Positions 44,365-52,912 are shown, counted from the first letter of the stretch. The stretch is DNA of 64,000 nt from Bacteriovoracia bacterium (GCA_046570105.1 JBKHVI010000005.1:1-64000), one strand, 5' to 3'. Notes: generated by a model not told the origin, from the letters alone. Made by a program: numbers and translations.

Positions 44365-45324
44365 TTACTCCTGAGTCGTCGCTAGGACTGTTTCAGAAAC
44401 ATCTAGTGTTGTTGCGGGATGAACTTTTTTTACGAAGTCTTCAAAGGTTTTAAAACGATTTAGATAAAGGGAGAATTCATCGTTCTCTATGTAGTAAGTG
44501 AAAAACCGATCAAAGATTTGCTCCACTGAGTAAATATTTTTGAGATTAAATCGTTCCATTTTGTCATTTAGCAAAAGAGATGCGCTAACGACAGAGTGAA
44601 GTTTATTTTTCCATTCCTTGTTATCGAATTCACGATCCCAAGTATTCATAACCGCCAGATAGTAGTTATAGATATGATAAGATTCATTAATGTCTTGGGG
44701 TTTCTCTAGGCGAGTAGAAACAAAGAGAGATGCACTGATGCTGCTTTGTTTATGTAGTAGGGCACAGGTTTGAGCGCGATTCGTAGTGTAAACAAACTTC
44801 CCATCGTTTCGCAGATTTCCGCCCATGTCGTAATAATTGATAAACTCAGTAAAAATTGACTTTTCTGTTGGAGCTAAATTCAATCGAAGAGATGTAATAT
44901 CCAGAGTAGGATTAATTAAGTTGATATTACTCGCTGGAATGCCTAATTCATCAACAAAATCCTCTGCGGTATTATTGGCTGGTTTGGCCTGCACTAGAAA
45001 CTTGCCATAGGCGTCTCCGAAACGGTACTCCATGAGACCTGTCATGGTGACGTGAGCACCTTTGTAGGTTTCCACACAAGTCGCTGATGTAAAGTTATTA
45101 TCTTTGCAATTATCTCTTTTAGCTGTTTCAAGAAAATGCTTAGCGATCCAAGCCAGATGTTCACAGTCATAGCCTTGAACTTTATTAACATGCTTCAAGT
45201 CTAGAGCAACAGTTCTTGGAATAACGACAGCTTTATCGCCTAGACGATGAATGAAGAAATTATCGTTTGCAAAGCTTTTAGAACAGAAGACAAGGCTGAA
45301 AAAGCCTAAAAATAAAAGTTTCAT
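44365..45324 (-). CDS. Secreted Cys-containing hypothetical protein (319 aa)
   Basis: Signal peptide ending SFA; start overlaps upstream stop (TAATG). Confidence 0.8.
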   Translation of the reverse strand: MKLLFLGFFSLVFCSKSFANDNFFIHRLGDKAVVIPRTVALDLKHVNKVQGYDCEHLAWIAKHFLETAKRDNCKDNNFTSATCVETYKGAHVTMTGLMEYRFGDAYGKFLVQAKPANNTAEDFVDELGIPASNINLINPTLDITSLRLNLAPTEKSIFTEFINYYDMGGNLRNDGKFVYTTNRAQTCALLHKQSSISASLFVSTRLEKPQDINESYHIYNYYLAVMNTWDREFDNKEWKNKLHSVVSASLLLNDKMERFNLKNIYSVEQIFDRFFTYYIENDEFSLYLNRFKTFEDFVKKVHPATTLDVSETVLATTQE

Positions 45325-45689
45325 TAGATATCTCCCAAGGATTTCAATTGTTGAATGGAATTTTTCTGATATTGAGCAAACGCTGCGGCAGCTACTTTTG
45401 AGGCTTTAGCGTAGTTTTGCTCATCTTCATTTGTTAATTCGCCAGCAAGTGCTTTGCGATTGTATTCCTCCGTCACCAATTCAAGTTCTTCTAGAGCTTC
45501 AGTGAAACGAATTTGCTCTTCAGATCGTTGAGCTGGCTCAACTAGTTCTGGACTCTTCTCTTTAGATAAAGAGGCTGAGGGGGTGTTCCCCTCAGCAATC
45601 TGACTCTTAAGCGCTGGCGCTTTGGTTGACCAACCCAACCAAAGTGCTGCTATCGCTAAGATCATGAACATTAAAAGTGTCTTTTTCAT
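45324..45689 (-). CDS. Membrane-anchored or secreted small helical protein (121 aa)
   Basis: MKK + hydrophobic stretch, Pro/Ser linker, helical hairpin. Confidence 0.75.
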   Translation of the reverse strand: MKKTLLMFMILAIAALWLGWSTKAPALKSQIAEGNTPSASLSKEKSPELVEPAQRSEEQIRFTEALEELELVTEEYNRKALAGELTNEDEQNYAKASKVAAAAFAQYQKNSIQQLKSLGDI

Positions 45690-45694
45690 AAGGC

Positions 45695-47614
45695 CTACTT
45701 ACAGGTTTGATTGTTAAGGCAAACAGTCATTTCAACTTTTGCTGATCCATTTCCAATTAAATAAGAGGAGAGCTTAAGATCCTTTTTGATCTTTCCTGTC
45801 ATTGATTGGCGATGAGATGACGAACCGGTATGGCGTGAGCCGACGAGATCATCGATCGACTTGAGAACAACTCCTCCGAACTCACACATTTTATTTTTTC
45901 CACAGAGATTCATGACTCCTGCACCGACTTGAGAGAAGAAGCGACTGTCTTCGCCAAGCTCAGTATGTGGAACTTCTGTAATAGTGTATTCCTTGGCATA
46001 AGACATAATGAACATGTGGAAGATGTCTTGATAAAGTGCTTTCTCAACGGCTTCATTAATTAAGGCCGACTCTTCTGGCGTTGACCCCACTGGACGCTTA
46101 TCTAACTCACACTTGAGCCCCATGTTGTTAGAGTAATCATGACGTGTGTGATCCCATGAAGTTGTACGGCGTCTCCAGAATCCACCTGTTTTCTTCTTAC
46201 CCGAATCTCTTACGTAGTTAGATGACTTGCTGACATCAAGCTCACATCGACCTTCAATCGGCTCTGCTTTTTGGTAATAGTTATACGCCAATGAGACATT
46301 TTGCGCATAAATAAGACGATCGCTTTTTAATTCAAAAACGGGATAATTAACTTTAGTTTTAACTGTCTCGCCGCTTGCATTTGTAAAAGTGATTTCGCGA
46401 TCAACATAGGTCGGTTCACCACAATAAGAAGCAATCGAAATGGGCATTTCAAAGTCCTGGGCAGCTCCGGCATTATTGTTAAACTTCTTAACTAAAAACT
46501 TTAGGTTTTCTGTTTTTCCATCTTCACTTTCCAACTTGGCTGGCATTTCAAGATATTGATCTTCAACGCCCAGAGAAATGCTGTTTTTGTCATCAACTTC
46601 ATAAGAGGCGAGGCGATATGTTCTATTGTGATCACTGCGAACTTCGCTATCTAAACTAATAACTGATGGATTCATTTTCACGTTGAATACATCGAGTTGA
46701 CGGACATCGTAGTCAAGGCCAGCTTCTCTAATTCTCTCACGTAAAATTGATAATTGATCGTTTGAAGCTAAGCTGTAACCAGCTGTTGCTTTACCAACCA
46801 CTTTTTTACCCAGTGTATAGATATAATTCTTGCTGGTTTCCAAGTGATCTTTAGCTTGTTTTTGATAACGCTCCATCGAACCCATTAGATCATTTTCAAA
46901 CTCTCTAATGTAGGCGAGTTCATCACGGAAAGGGGCCCAACCACGACTCGCTTGTGAAAAGCGAGTAGATGCTTCTGTACGATACTGAATGTTTTGGGCA
47001 ATTTTTGCACGTAGATCTGAGAAGATTGGTAAATAGGTTTCTCTGATTGCCGCACGATCCGCCTCGGTTAAAACCATCGCCATTTCAGACATGTAGTTAG
47101 CATGAGTTGATTTTAAGTTTTCTTCTAGAGAAGCACCCTCTGCTTTAATGCTTTCGAGTTCTCCATAAGCTGCCTGGTACTCATTATAGAGTTCGCGGTT
47201 ATCTTCACGAAGTTGGTTTGCTCGTAGACGGAGGTCAGTGATTTTTTGCTTAAGCACAGATGAGCGTGCTTCAAAAGCTATCGTTGCTTCAAATAATGGC
47301 GAATAGTATTGACCGCTCGATAGAATTCTCTGTGTTTCTTCTTGCGATGATGGATATTTCAAGAGACCTGTGCGCAAGTTATGTAAATCCGTGCATGAAA
47401 TGCCGGCAGAGATTTGAGTGAACTTTCCTGAAACCTTAATATCTGATGGCATGATATAGATAAGCTTAGGATTAAGATCATCTCCCATAATATTGTTTAT
47501 CCCGACCATTGAGACCTGAGAGGTAAGTCCAGTGATGCTGACTTTAGGGTCGGGCATGGCGAAGACAGGCATCGCCATAATTCCTGCAAGTGTTGTAAGC
47601 GCTAATCTCTTCAT
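45695..47614 (-). CDS. Large secreted protein (639 aa): beta-rich head, long coiled coil, Cys-flanked GGFW hairpin
   Basis: Signal peptide ending VFA; GGAGA RBS; 8 Cys; no recognisable enzyme motif. Confidence 0.85.
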   Translation of the reverse strand: MKRLALTTLAGIMAMPVFAMPDPKVSITGLTSQVSMVGINNIMGDDLNPKLIYIMPSDIKVSGKFTQISAGISCTDLHNLRTGLLKYPSSQEETQRILSSGQYYSPLFEATIAFEARSSVLKQKITDLRLRANQLREDNRELYNEYQAAYGELESIKAEGASLEENLKSTHANYMSEMAMVLTEADRAAIRETYLPIFSDLRAKIAQNIQYRTEASTRFSQASRGWAPFRDELAYIREFENDLMGSMERYQKQAKDHLETSKNYIYTLGKKVVGKATAGYSLASNDQLSILRERIREAGLDYDVRQLDVFNVKMNPSVISLDSEVRSDHNRTYRLASYEVDDKNSISLGVEDQYLEMPAKLESEDGKTENLKFLVKKFNNNAGAAQDFEMPISIASYCGEPTYVDREITFTNASGETVKTKVNYPVFELKSDRLIYAQNVSLAYNYYQKAEPIEGRCELDVSKSSNYVRDSGKKKTGGFWRRRTTSWDHTRHDYSNNMGLKCELDKRPVGSTPEESALINEAVEKALYQDIFHMFIMSYAKEYTITEVPHTELGEDSRFFSQVGAGVMNLCGKNKMCEFGGVVLKSIDDLVGSRHTGSSSHRQSMTGKIKKDLKLSSYLIGNGSAKVEMTVCLNNQTCK

Positions 47615-47760
47615 TTGTTATCTCCAATTAATAGTTATGCCGATGTGCCATCTCACGCATTTCCGGATAAGCGTGGTGCTAATGATCAAATCGATTGCGG
47701 CGAGTCTTATGTGATCTTTGTTGGGGTTGGAATGCTCAAACTGCGTTGCTGAAGAAAATG

Positions 47761-47841
47761 TGACAGGTTCTGTGTCACTTATATTCGATTTGAGGAGCTA
47801 AATAGCTTGAAACATTTACCTAAGTGACTTGTTACAAGTCA
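47761..47841. promoter_or_regulatory. Two palindromes TGAC-N9-GTCA in a divergent promoter region
   Basis: TGACAGGTTCTGTGTCA (47761-47777) and TGACTTGTTACAAGTCA (47825-47841), 64 bp apart. Confidence 0.6.
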
Positions 47842-47865
47842 GGAACAGGGATAGAAAGCCAACTT

Positions 47866-48663
47866 ATGCAACAAGTGGTAGCCGAAAATATCGTGGCGGG
47901 GGCGATTCAGAAGGTCATTAATGACCATCTGGAAGCTTATCCACAGGTCAGTCTTCGCGGTATTGCTGCTCGTGAAGATGGTATTGGAAGAGAATACATT
48001 CGTCGTCTTGCCGCGGGCGAAATTCCTGATCATAAGATAGATCGCGAGAAAGTGCTGCTGATTCTGATGACACTTTCTAAAAAGAAGAATCTAAAAGACC
48101 TTGGTGCATTTTATGGTGACCCAATCACGAGCTGGATCAAGTCTTCAGTTATTGTGAATTGGGAAAATGATACAGAGCTTGCCGAGCGCGAACTCGAAGC
48201 GATGATGCTGCAGGATGAAGATGACTGTATCGCATTCTTAATGGCTCATACAGATGCAGGTGCTACTGTTGATGAAGTAGTCAAAGTTGTGGGTGAGACT
48301 GGAAAAAGATCGTTGCCTGCTCTTGAACAACGAAGTTTTCTGGTAAAGGATGCTGGGAGATATCGTGGAAAAGAAAACAACTTTTTAACTCTCTCATTGC
48401 AAGCGACTCAAAAAATCATTCAAACACTTGTTGGTTATTATAAGCCGTCGCATTTCGGTAAGAATCGAAATTATATTATGCTTATGACTGGTTCATTAAA
48501 TGCAGAAGGCATCAAGGCCCAGCAGGAACTTTACAGAAAGTTTCACCAAGATATCAGACAAATATATGAGAATCCTTCCCACTCAGGTGACATCCATAGC
48601 TTTTCGGTTTCTTGCATGGACTCATTTACTATGTTAGAAGAGGCGAATCATGAACTTCATTAA
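47866..48663 (+). CDS. Putative transcriptional regulator (N-terminal HTH; resembles TIGR02147/DUF4423-type proteins)
   Basis: 'PQVSLRGIAAREDGIGREYIRRLAAGE' HTH-like segment, central wHTH-like segment; family call from memory only. Confidence 0.55.
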   Translation: MQQVVAENIVAGAIQKVINDHLEAYPQVSLRGIAAREDGIGREYIRRLAAGEIPDHKIDREKVLLILMTLSKKKNLKDLGAFYGDPITSWIKSSVIVNWENDTELAERELEAMMLQDEDDCIAFLMAHTDAGATVDEVVKVVGETGKRSLPALEQRSFLVKDAGRYRGKENNFLTLSLQATQKIIQTLVGYYKPSHFGKNRNYIMLMTGSLNAEGIKAQQELYRKFHQDIRQIYENPSHSGDIHSFSVSCMDSFTMLEEANHELH

Positions 48664-49048
48664 ATTAGTTTATATACTTACCCTTACGCTTTCATTCCAG
48701 GTCTTTGGATCATCTGTGGCTCCGTTTTATCTTGTAACCAAATTGGTTACTGTAGAGGGCGAGGTGATTGCGAACAACCAAGTAAAGAAACTGGTTGTTG
48801 AAAAAGCTGGTTTTTCAGACGTTGAAGTAACCTCTGTTGAATTAGTTGATGGAAGAGTGCTGGTTCAAAATGAGATTCAAACAATTGAGTTTACAGTTGC
48901 ACCTAGTCTCAATCGTCCAAATATTAGAAGAACAATTCAAGACGGTAAGTTCGATGAATTGCTACGTCAAAACGTACGCTTAGGGCCACCTAACTTTGAT
49001 TTTTCAACAGAGCTTAGAGATAGTGGAATAAGTTCGGGCGGGGGCTGA
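48650..49048 (+). CDS. Small secreted protein ending in a Gly-rich tail (SGISSGGG)
   Basis: Signal peptide, beta-rich core; overlaps regulator by 14 nt; GAGG RBS. Confidence 0.7.
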   Translation: MNFIKLVYILTLTLSFQVFGSSVAPFYLVTKLVTVEGEVIANNQVKKLVVEKAGFSDVEVTSVELVDGRVLVQNEIQTIEFTVAPSLNRPNIRRTIQDGKFDELLRQNVRLGPPNFDFSTELRDSGISSGGG

Positions 49049-49051
49049 GAC

Positions 49052-51607
49052 TCAGATAGGCCCAGCCGTTACAATATTCCATCCATCCTTCATAAACATC
49101 TGTAAGAACGCTTGGAAATCTTCATATTTTGCCTGACGAATTGTTTCCTGCGAGTTGTGCTGGAAATCAAGTCCATGTCCATGCAGCGCTGGCACTGAGT
49201 AGAACTGAGCGTAATCTTCGTTCGTTTGCACAGAAAGCTGCTGTTGCCCGTCGAGATTAGTTTTTACGCGCTCAAATTCATCGCGCGTGAGACCTGATAC
49301 TGACATGCGCGTGAGAATATCCAGAATAGCTTTTTCAGCACGCTCTTTCTTATCAGCTCCTGCACCGATATAAATTCCCCAAGCACCCGCTTCAAGAGCT
49401 GTGACATGCACAGGCTGAACGGCGTAGCAGAGGCCTTGGCGATCGCGTACTTCAACAAATAATTCCGAACCTTGGCCTGAGAGGTGAGCTGTCACCATCT
49501 TCAAATAAAGATCTTCAAGGTCAGTCATCTTGTAGGCCGGCTTTCCAATTACGATTTGAACTTGTTCACGCTTCATCGGAATATCAAGACGCTGCTTGGT
49601 TTTTGGCTTCAAAGAATTTTTACGAGGCTTAGGCCCCTTTCTTCCTTTAAGAGCAACAAAAGCTTTTTGTAATTTAAGAACAACCGTTTCAAGATCGAGA
49701 TCTCCACAGTAAGTGAAGACCATTTCTTCTTTAGCTAAGTGCTGACGGTGAAGAGTTTGCAAAGCTGCTGGGGTCATTTTCTTAAGACTTTCAGGTGTAC
49801 CAGAAGCATCAAGCGCGTACGGATGCGCATTGAAAATCATCTTGTACCAATTCTTGAAGGCCTGCTTAACTGGATCTTCTTTTTGGTTATCAAGCATTCG
49901 TAGAATAACTTGTCTCTCATGCTTTAAGAATTTCTCTGGAAGAGTTGGTTTTAATAGTGAGCCAGCAAAATGACCTAACAAACTATCAAAGTTCGCACTT
50001 TGACCATGAAGTGTGAGTCCATAAGCATTTTTTCCAGCAAAGCCAGAAAGTGCAGCGGAACTTTCTTCAAGGTCTTGTTTAAGTTTTTCGTAAGGCATGC
50101 CCTTATACCCATAGGTAATAAGACGTGAAAGCATACCGTGGCGACCACAATCTTTTTCTGATTCAGTCGTGAGTCCACCTTTTACGTAGTGATGAAGAAC
50201 GAAAGTGGGGGTCATCTTATTTTGACGATGAATAAGCTTAACCCCAGGCATAAGTTCAATCATCGAAACGGCAGCATCAAAAGTAGATGTCACACGCTTG
50301 AGTGGTTTTTCTTTTTCAAAAGATTTTTTTGCAACAGCTTGTACTTTCTTTTGGAAATTCGTTAATTGCGTCTGAATAGGAGCGATTTTAGTTCCCTCTG
50401 GAACCTGCATAGTTAGATGCATGGCACGTGAAAGAATGCGAGGAAGTGCTACCGCTACCTGGCGAGCAGGAGTTTCTTTAATGCGCTTGATGAAAGCTTC
50501 TTCACAGAAGATATCACCATTTTGAGCGAAGCCATGTCCGAGTGAGAAAGCGAAAGCTTCGATGCTTTCTTTTTCATAGACTTTGCTGGCGATGTATTGG
50601 TTTTTAATTTTATCAACTTCATCTTCGCGGATATCGCCCGAAAGAGCTTTCGCCAAAGTTTGCTCAAAGACTTTTAAAACCTTTGCAAGATTTTCTGTCG
50701 GCATACTGCACTTGAGCATATGGCAGCCCTTGTGGGCGAAATACATAGTAGAACCTGCTATGCCATTACAAAGAGTCGTTTGTGCGACAAGAGCTTGATA
50801 GAGACGAGAAGTTTCACCGTGGGCCAGACAGTTAATCGCTAGATCTTCTGCCGTAGCAGATGGATCCACATAATCTGGAGCTGCCAGGGCCAGTGTGAGT
50901 GTCGCTTGGCGAATAGGTTTTTCATGGACGCTAACTTTAGAAGTCGTGGGCAAGGTAAATTCACCAAAATGAGATTGTTCACCGGCCGGAAGTCTAAAAG
51001 ATGAAATGAGTTTTTCGAGATGAGTGCGCTCACTTAGGTCACCTGCAACAACCAGCATGGCATTTTGCATATTGTAAAAGCGTTGGCGGAATCCTTTCAG
51101 TTGAGCAGGTGAGAATCCCTTGATGGTATCTTCACGGCCCAAGATCGGATGCTTGTAGCCACCCTCGAAACAGTTTTCTTGCAAGCGCATGAAATGAAAC
51201 TGAGAAGGATTATCAAGGGCACGACGGTATTCTTCAAAGACCACATCACGTTCAGAAGGGAAATCCTCATCATTGAACATTGGATTGGCGACCATGTCCA
51301 AGAGGATAGTGAGCGCATTGCTGGTTTTGCGAGATGGAGCATTGATGTAGTAACAAGTGTAATCAAAACTAGTGAAGGCGTTGATTTCTCCACCAAATGT
51401 TTCTACTTCTTGTGCAATCGCAGCTCCCGGGCGAGTGGGCGTTCCCTTAAAGAACATATGTTCTAAAAAGTGAGCAATGCCCTGATTGTCTTTTTCTTCA
51501 AGGGCCGAGCCGGCGCGAAACCACATCTGAACAGTTGCGGCAGTTGAACCGGGAGAATGGATAAAAAGGGTTTTAAGGTCACCGAGGCGGGTTTCTTCGA
51601 CGTGCAT
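49052..51607 (-). CDS. M16 (pitrilysin/insulinase) family zinc peptidase, two-module
   Basis: HFLEH inverted zincin, NAFTS, LFVEVRDRQGLCY; GGAG RBS before ATG 51607. Confidence 0.93.
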   Translation of the reverse strand: MHVEETRLGDLKTLFIHSPGSTAATVQMWFRAGSALEEKDNQGIAHFLEHMFFKGTPTRPGAAIAQEVETFGGEINAFTSFDYTCYYINAPSRKTSNALTILLDMVANPMFNDEDFPSERDVVFEEYRRALDNPSQFHFMRLQENCFEGGYKHPILGREDTIKGFSPAQLKGFRQRFYNMQNAMLVVAGDLSERTHLEKLISSFRLPAGEQSHFGEFTLPTTSKVSVHEKPIRQATLTLALAAPDYVDPSATAEDLAINCLAHGETSRLYQALVAQTTLCNGIAGSTMYFAHKGCHMLKCSMPTENLAKVLKVFEQTLAKALSGDIREDEVDKIKNQYIASKVYEKESIEAFAFSLGHGFAQNGDIFCEEAFIKRIKETPARQVAVALPRILSRAMHLTMQVPEGTKIAPIQTQLTNFQKKVQAVAKKSFEKEKPLKRVTSTFDAAVSMIELMPGVKLIHRQNKMTPTFVLHHYVKGGLTTESEKDCGRHGMLSRLITYGYKGMPYEKLKQDLEESSAALSGFAGKNAYGLTLHGQSANFDSLLGHFAGSLLKPTLPEKFLKHERQVILRMLDNQKEDPVKQAFKNWYKMIFNAHPYALDASGTPESLKKMTPAALQTLHRQHLAKEEMVFTYCGDLDLETVVLKLQKAFVALKGRKGPKPRKNSLKPKTKQRLDIPMKREQVQIVIGKPAYKMTDLEDLYLKMVTAHLSGQGSELFVEVRDRQGLCYAVQPVHVTALEAGAWGIYIGAGADKKERAEKAILDILTRMSVSGLTRDEFERVKTNLDGQQQLSVQTNEDYAQFYSVPALHGHGLDFQHNSQETIRQAKYEDFQAFLQMFMKDGWNIVTAGPI

Positions 51608-51692
51608 GTCAAACTCCGAGAGCGTTGCCAGTCCGAGTACTTGGACGGTAAGAATCATTATCCTTTTACTCGCAGGAATTTCCAAGGGCCGT

Positions 51693-52805
51693 ATGACAAC
51701 TGTTTCGAGTTTGTATGTGCATGTGCCGTTCTGTCGCCATTTGTGCAACTACTGCGATTTTTATAAGCAAAAATTTGAGCGACCTCGTGCGCAACTCGAA
51801 GAGTTTTCTGCTTATTTACAAGCGAGTTGGAAGCGCCATGAGTCAATATTAACTGAGCAAAAGGCCAGCTGGGGACCACTTCAAACACTCTATTTCGGCG
51901 GAGGGACTCCTTCTTTGTGGGGAGTCGACGGTGCTCAAGAATTTTCTCACTTATTAGAGCAAGGTTTGAGTCTCGCACCTCATGCTGAAGTCACTTTTGA
52001 AATTGATCCTGGTGCATGGACTGAGGAAGGGCTTTTGGCCTGGGAAAATATCGGTGTGAATCGTTACTCGGTAGGAACTCAATCGCTAAATGAGCACTAT
52101 TTGAAAGTGCTCGATCGTGCGCATGATCGCAGTGAAACTTTTCGATTATTAGAGAGGCTCAAAGGGAAAAACTTCTCGGTGGATTTTCTGTTAGGCGCAC
52201 CTGAAGTGAATCACAAACGTGATGTGATTTCCGAACTGACTGAACTTTTGAGTTATGGTCCTAAGCATGTGAGCCTTTATATTTTACAACCTGCTGCAGG
52301 CTATAAACTTAAAACTAAAATTCCTGACGATGAAGTGACTTCAAATGAATATCTCGCTGTGAGTGAGTTTTTGCGCTCGCGCGGTTTTCATCATTATGAA
52401 GTCTCCAATTTTGGTCTACCTGGCTTTGAGTCCCGTCATAATTTGCGCTACTGGATGGGTGAAAATGTGGCGGCGTTGGGTCCCACTGGAACGGGTTATT
52501 TGGCTTCATCAAATGAGTCGGCGCTTCGTTATAAATGGAAGCCCGGCAGTGCTGAGATTGAGAGCGAAAATCTGCAAAAAACGGAGCTCGAAATGGAGCG
52601 ACTCTATTTGCGTCTGCGCCTCTCACGGCCGTTCACTTCCGCTGAACTAGTCCCTAACCCTCAAATACTCGAGGAACTTCTCACCCAATGGCAGTCTCGT
52701 AAGTTGGTAATAAAAGAAGGCGCCGCATGGCGCATGCAACCTGCCGCATGGGTCATTCTCGATTCTTTAATAAATGAGTACTTCTCCTCTCTCCAAAAGC
52801 TTTAA
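51693..52805 (+). CDS. hemW: Radical SAM heme chaperone HemW (HemN-like)
   Basis: YVHVPFCRHLCNYCDF, GGGTPS, YEVSNF, HNLRYW; upstream of grpE-dnaK. Confidence 0.85.
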   Translation: MTTVSSLYVHVPFCRHLCNYCDFYKQKFERPRAQLEEFSAYLQASWKRHESILTEQKASWGPLQTLYFGGGTPSLWGVDGAQEFSHLLEQGLSLAPHAEVTFEIDPGAWTEEGLLAWENIGVNRYSVGTQSLNEHYLKVLDRAHDRSETFRLLERLKGKNFSVDFLLGAPEVNHKRDVISELTELLSYGPKHVSLYILQPAAGYKLKTKIPDDEVTSNEYLAVSEFLRSRGFHHYEVSNFGLPGFESRHNLRYWMGENVAALGPTGTGYLASSNESALRYKWKPGSAEIESENLQKTELEMERLYLRLRLSRPFTSAELVPNPQILEELLTQWQSRKLVIKEGAAWRMQPAAWVILDSLINEYFSSLQKL

Positions 52806-52857
52806 TTTTAAGGGTTTATGAGGTATTCCCGGGGAAACTTTTTTCTTCCGCCAAACA

Positions 52858-52884
52858 TTGACACCCCTCACATCAGTCCCATCT
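52858..52884 (+). promoter_or_regulatory. Sigma-32 (RpoH)-type heat-shock promoter
   Basis: TTGACA-14 nt-CCCATCT upstream of grpE. Confidence 0.65.
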
Positions 52885-52912
52885 TGTGAGTGTAACAAAT
52901 GAGGAGTTTATC

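Noticed and set aside
47636..47650. Sigma-54 promoter (TGGCAC) for the secreted operon on the minus strand
   Set aside because: The GC is not at the required GG-N10-GC spacing
43333..49048. Prophage or contractile injection system
   Set aside because: No integrase, capsid, sheath, tube or baseplate motifs, and all operon products carry Sec-type signals
51606..51748. Head-to-head overlap of the M16 peptidase and hemW in the ORF track
   Set aside because: Better starts at 51607 (-) and 51693 (+) remove the overlap
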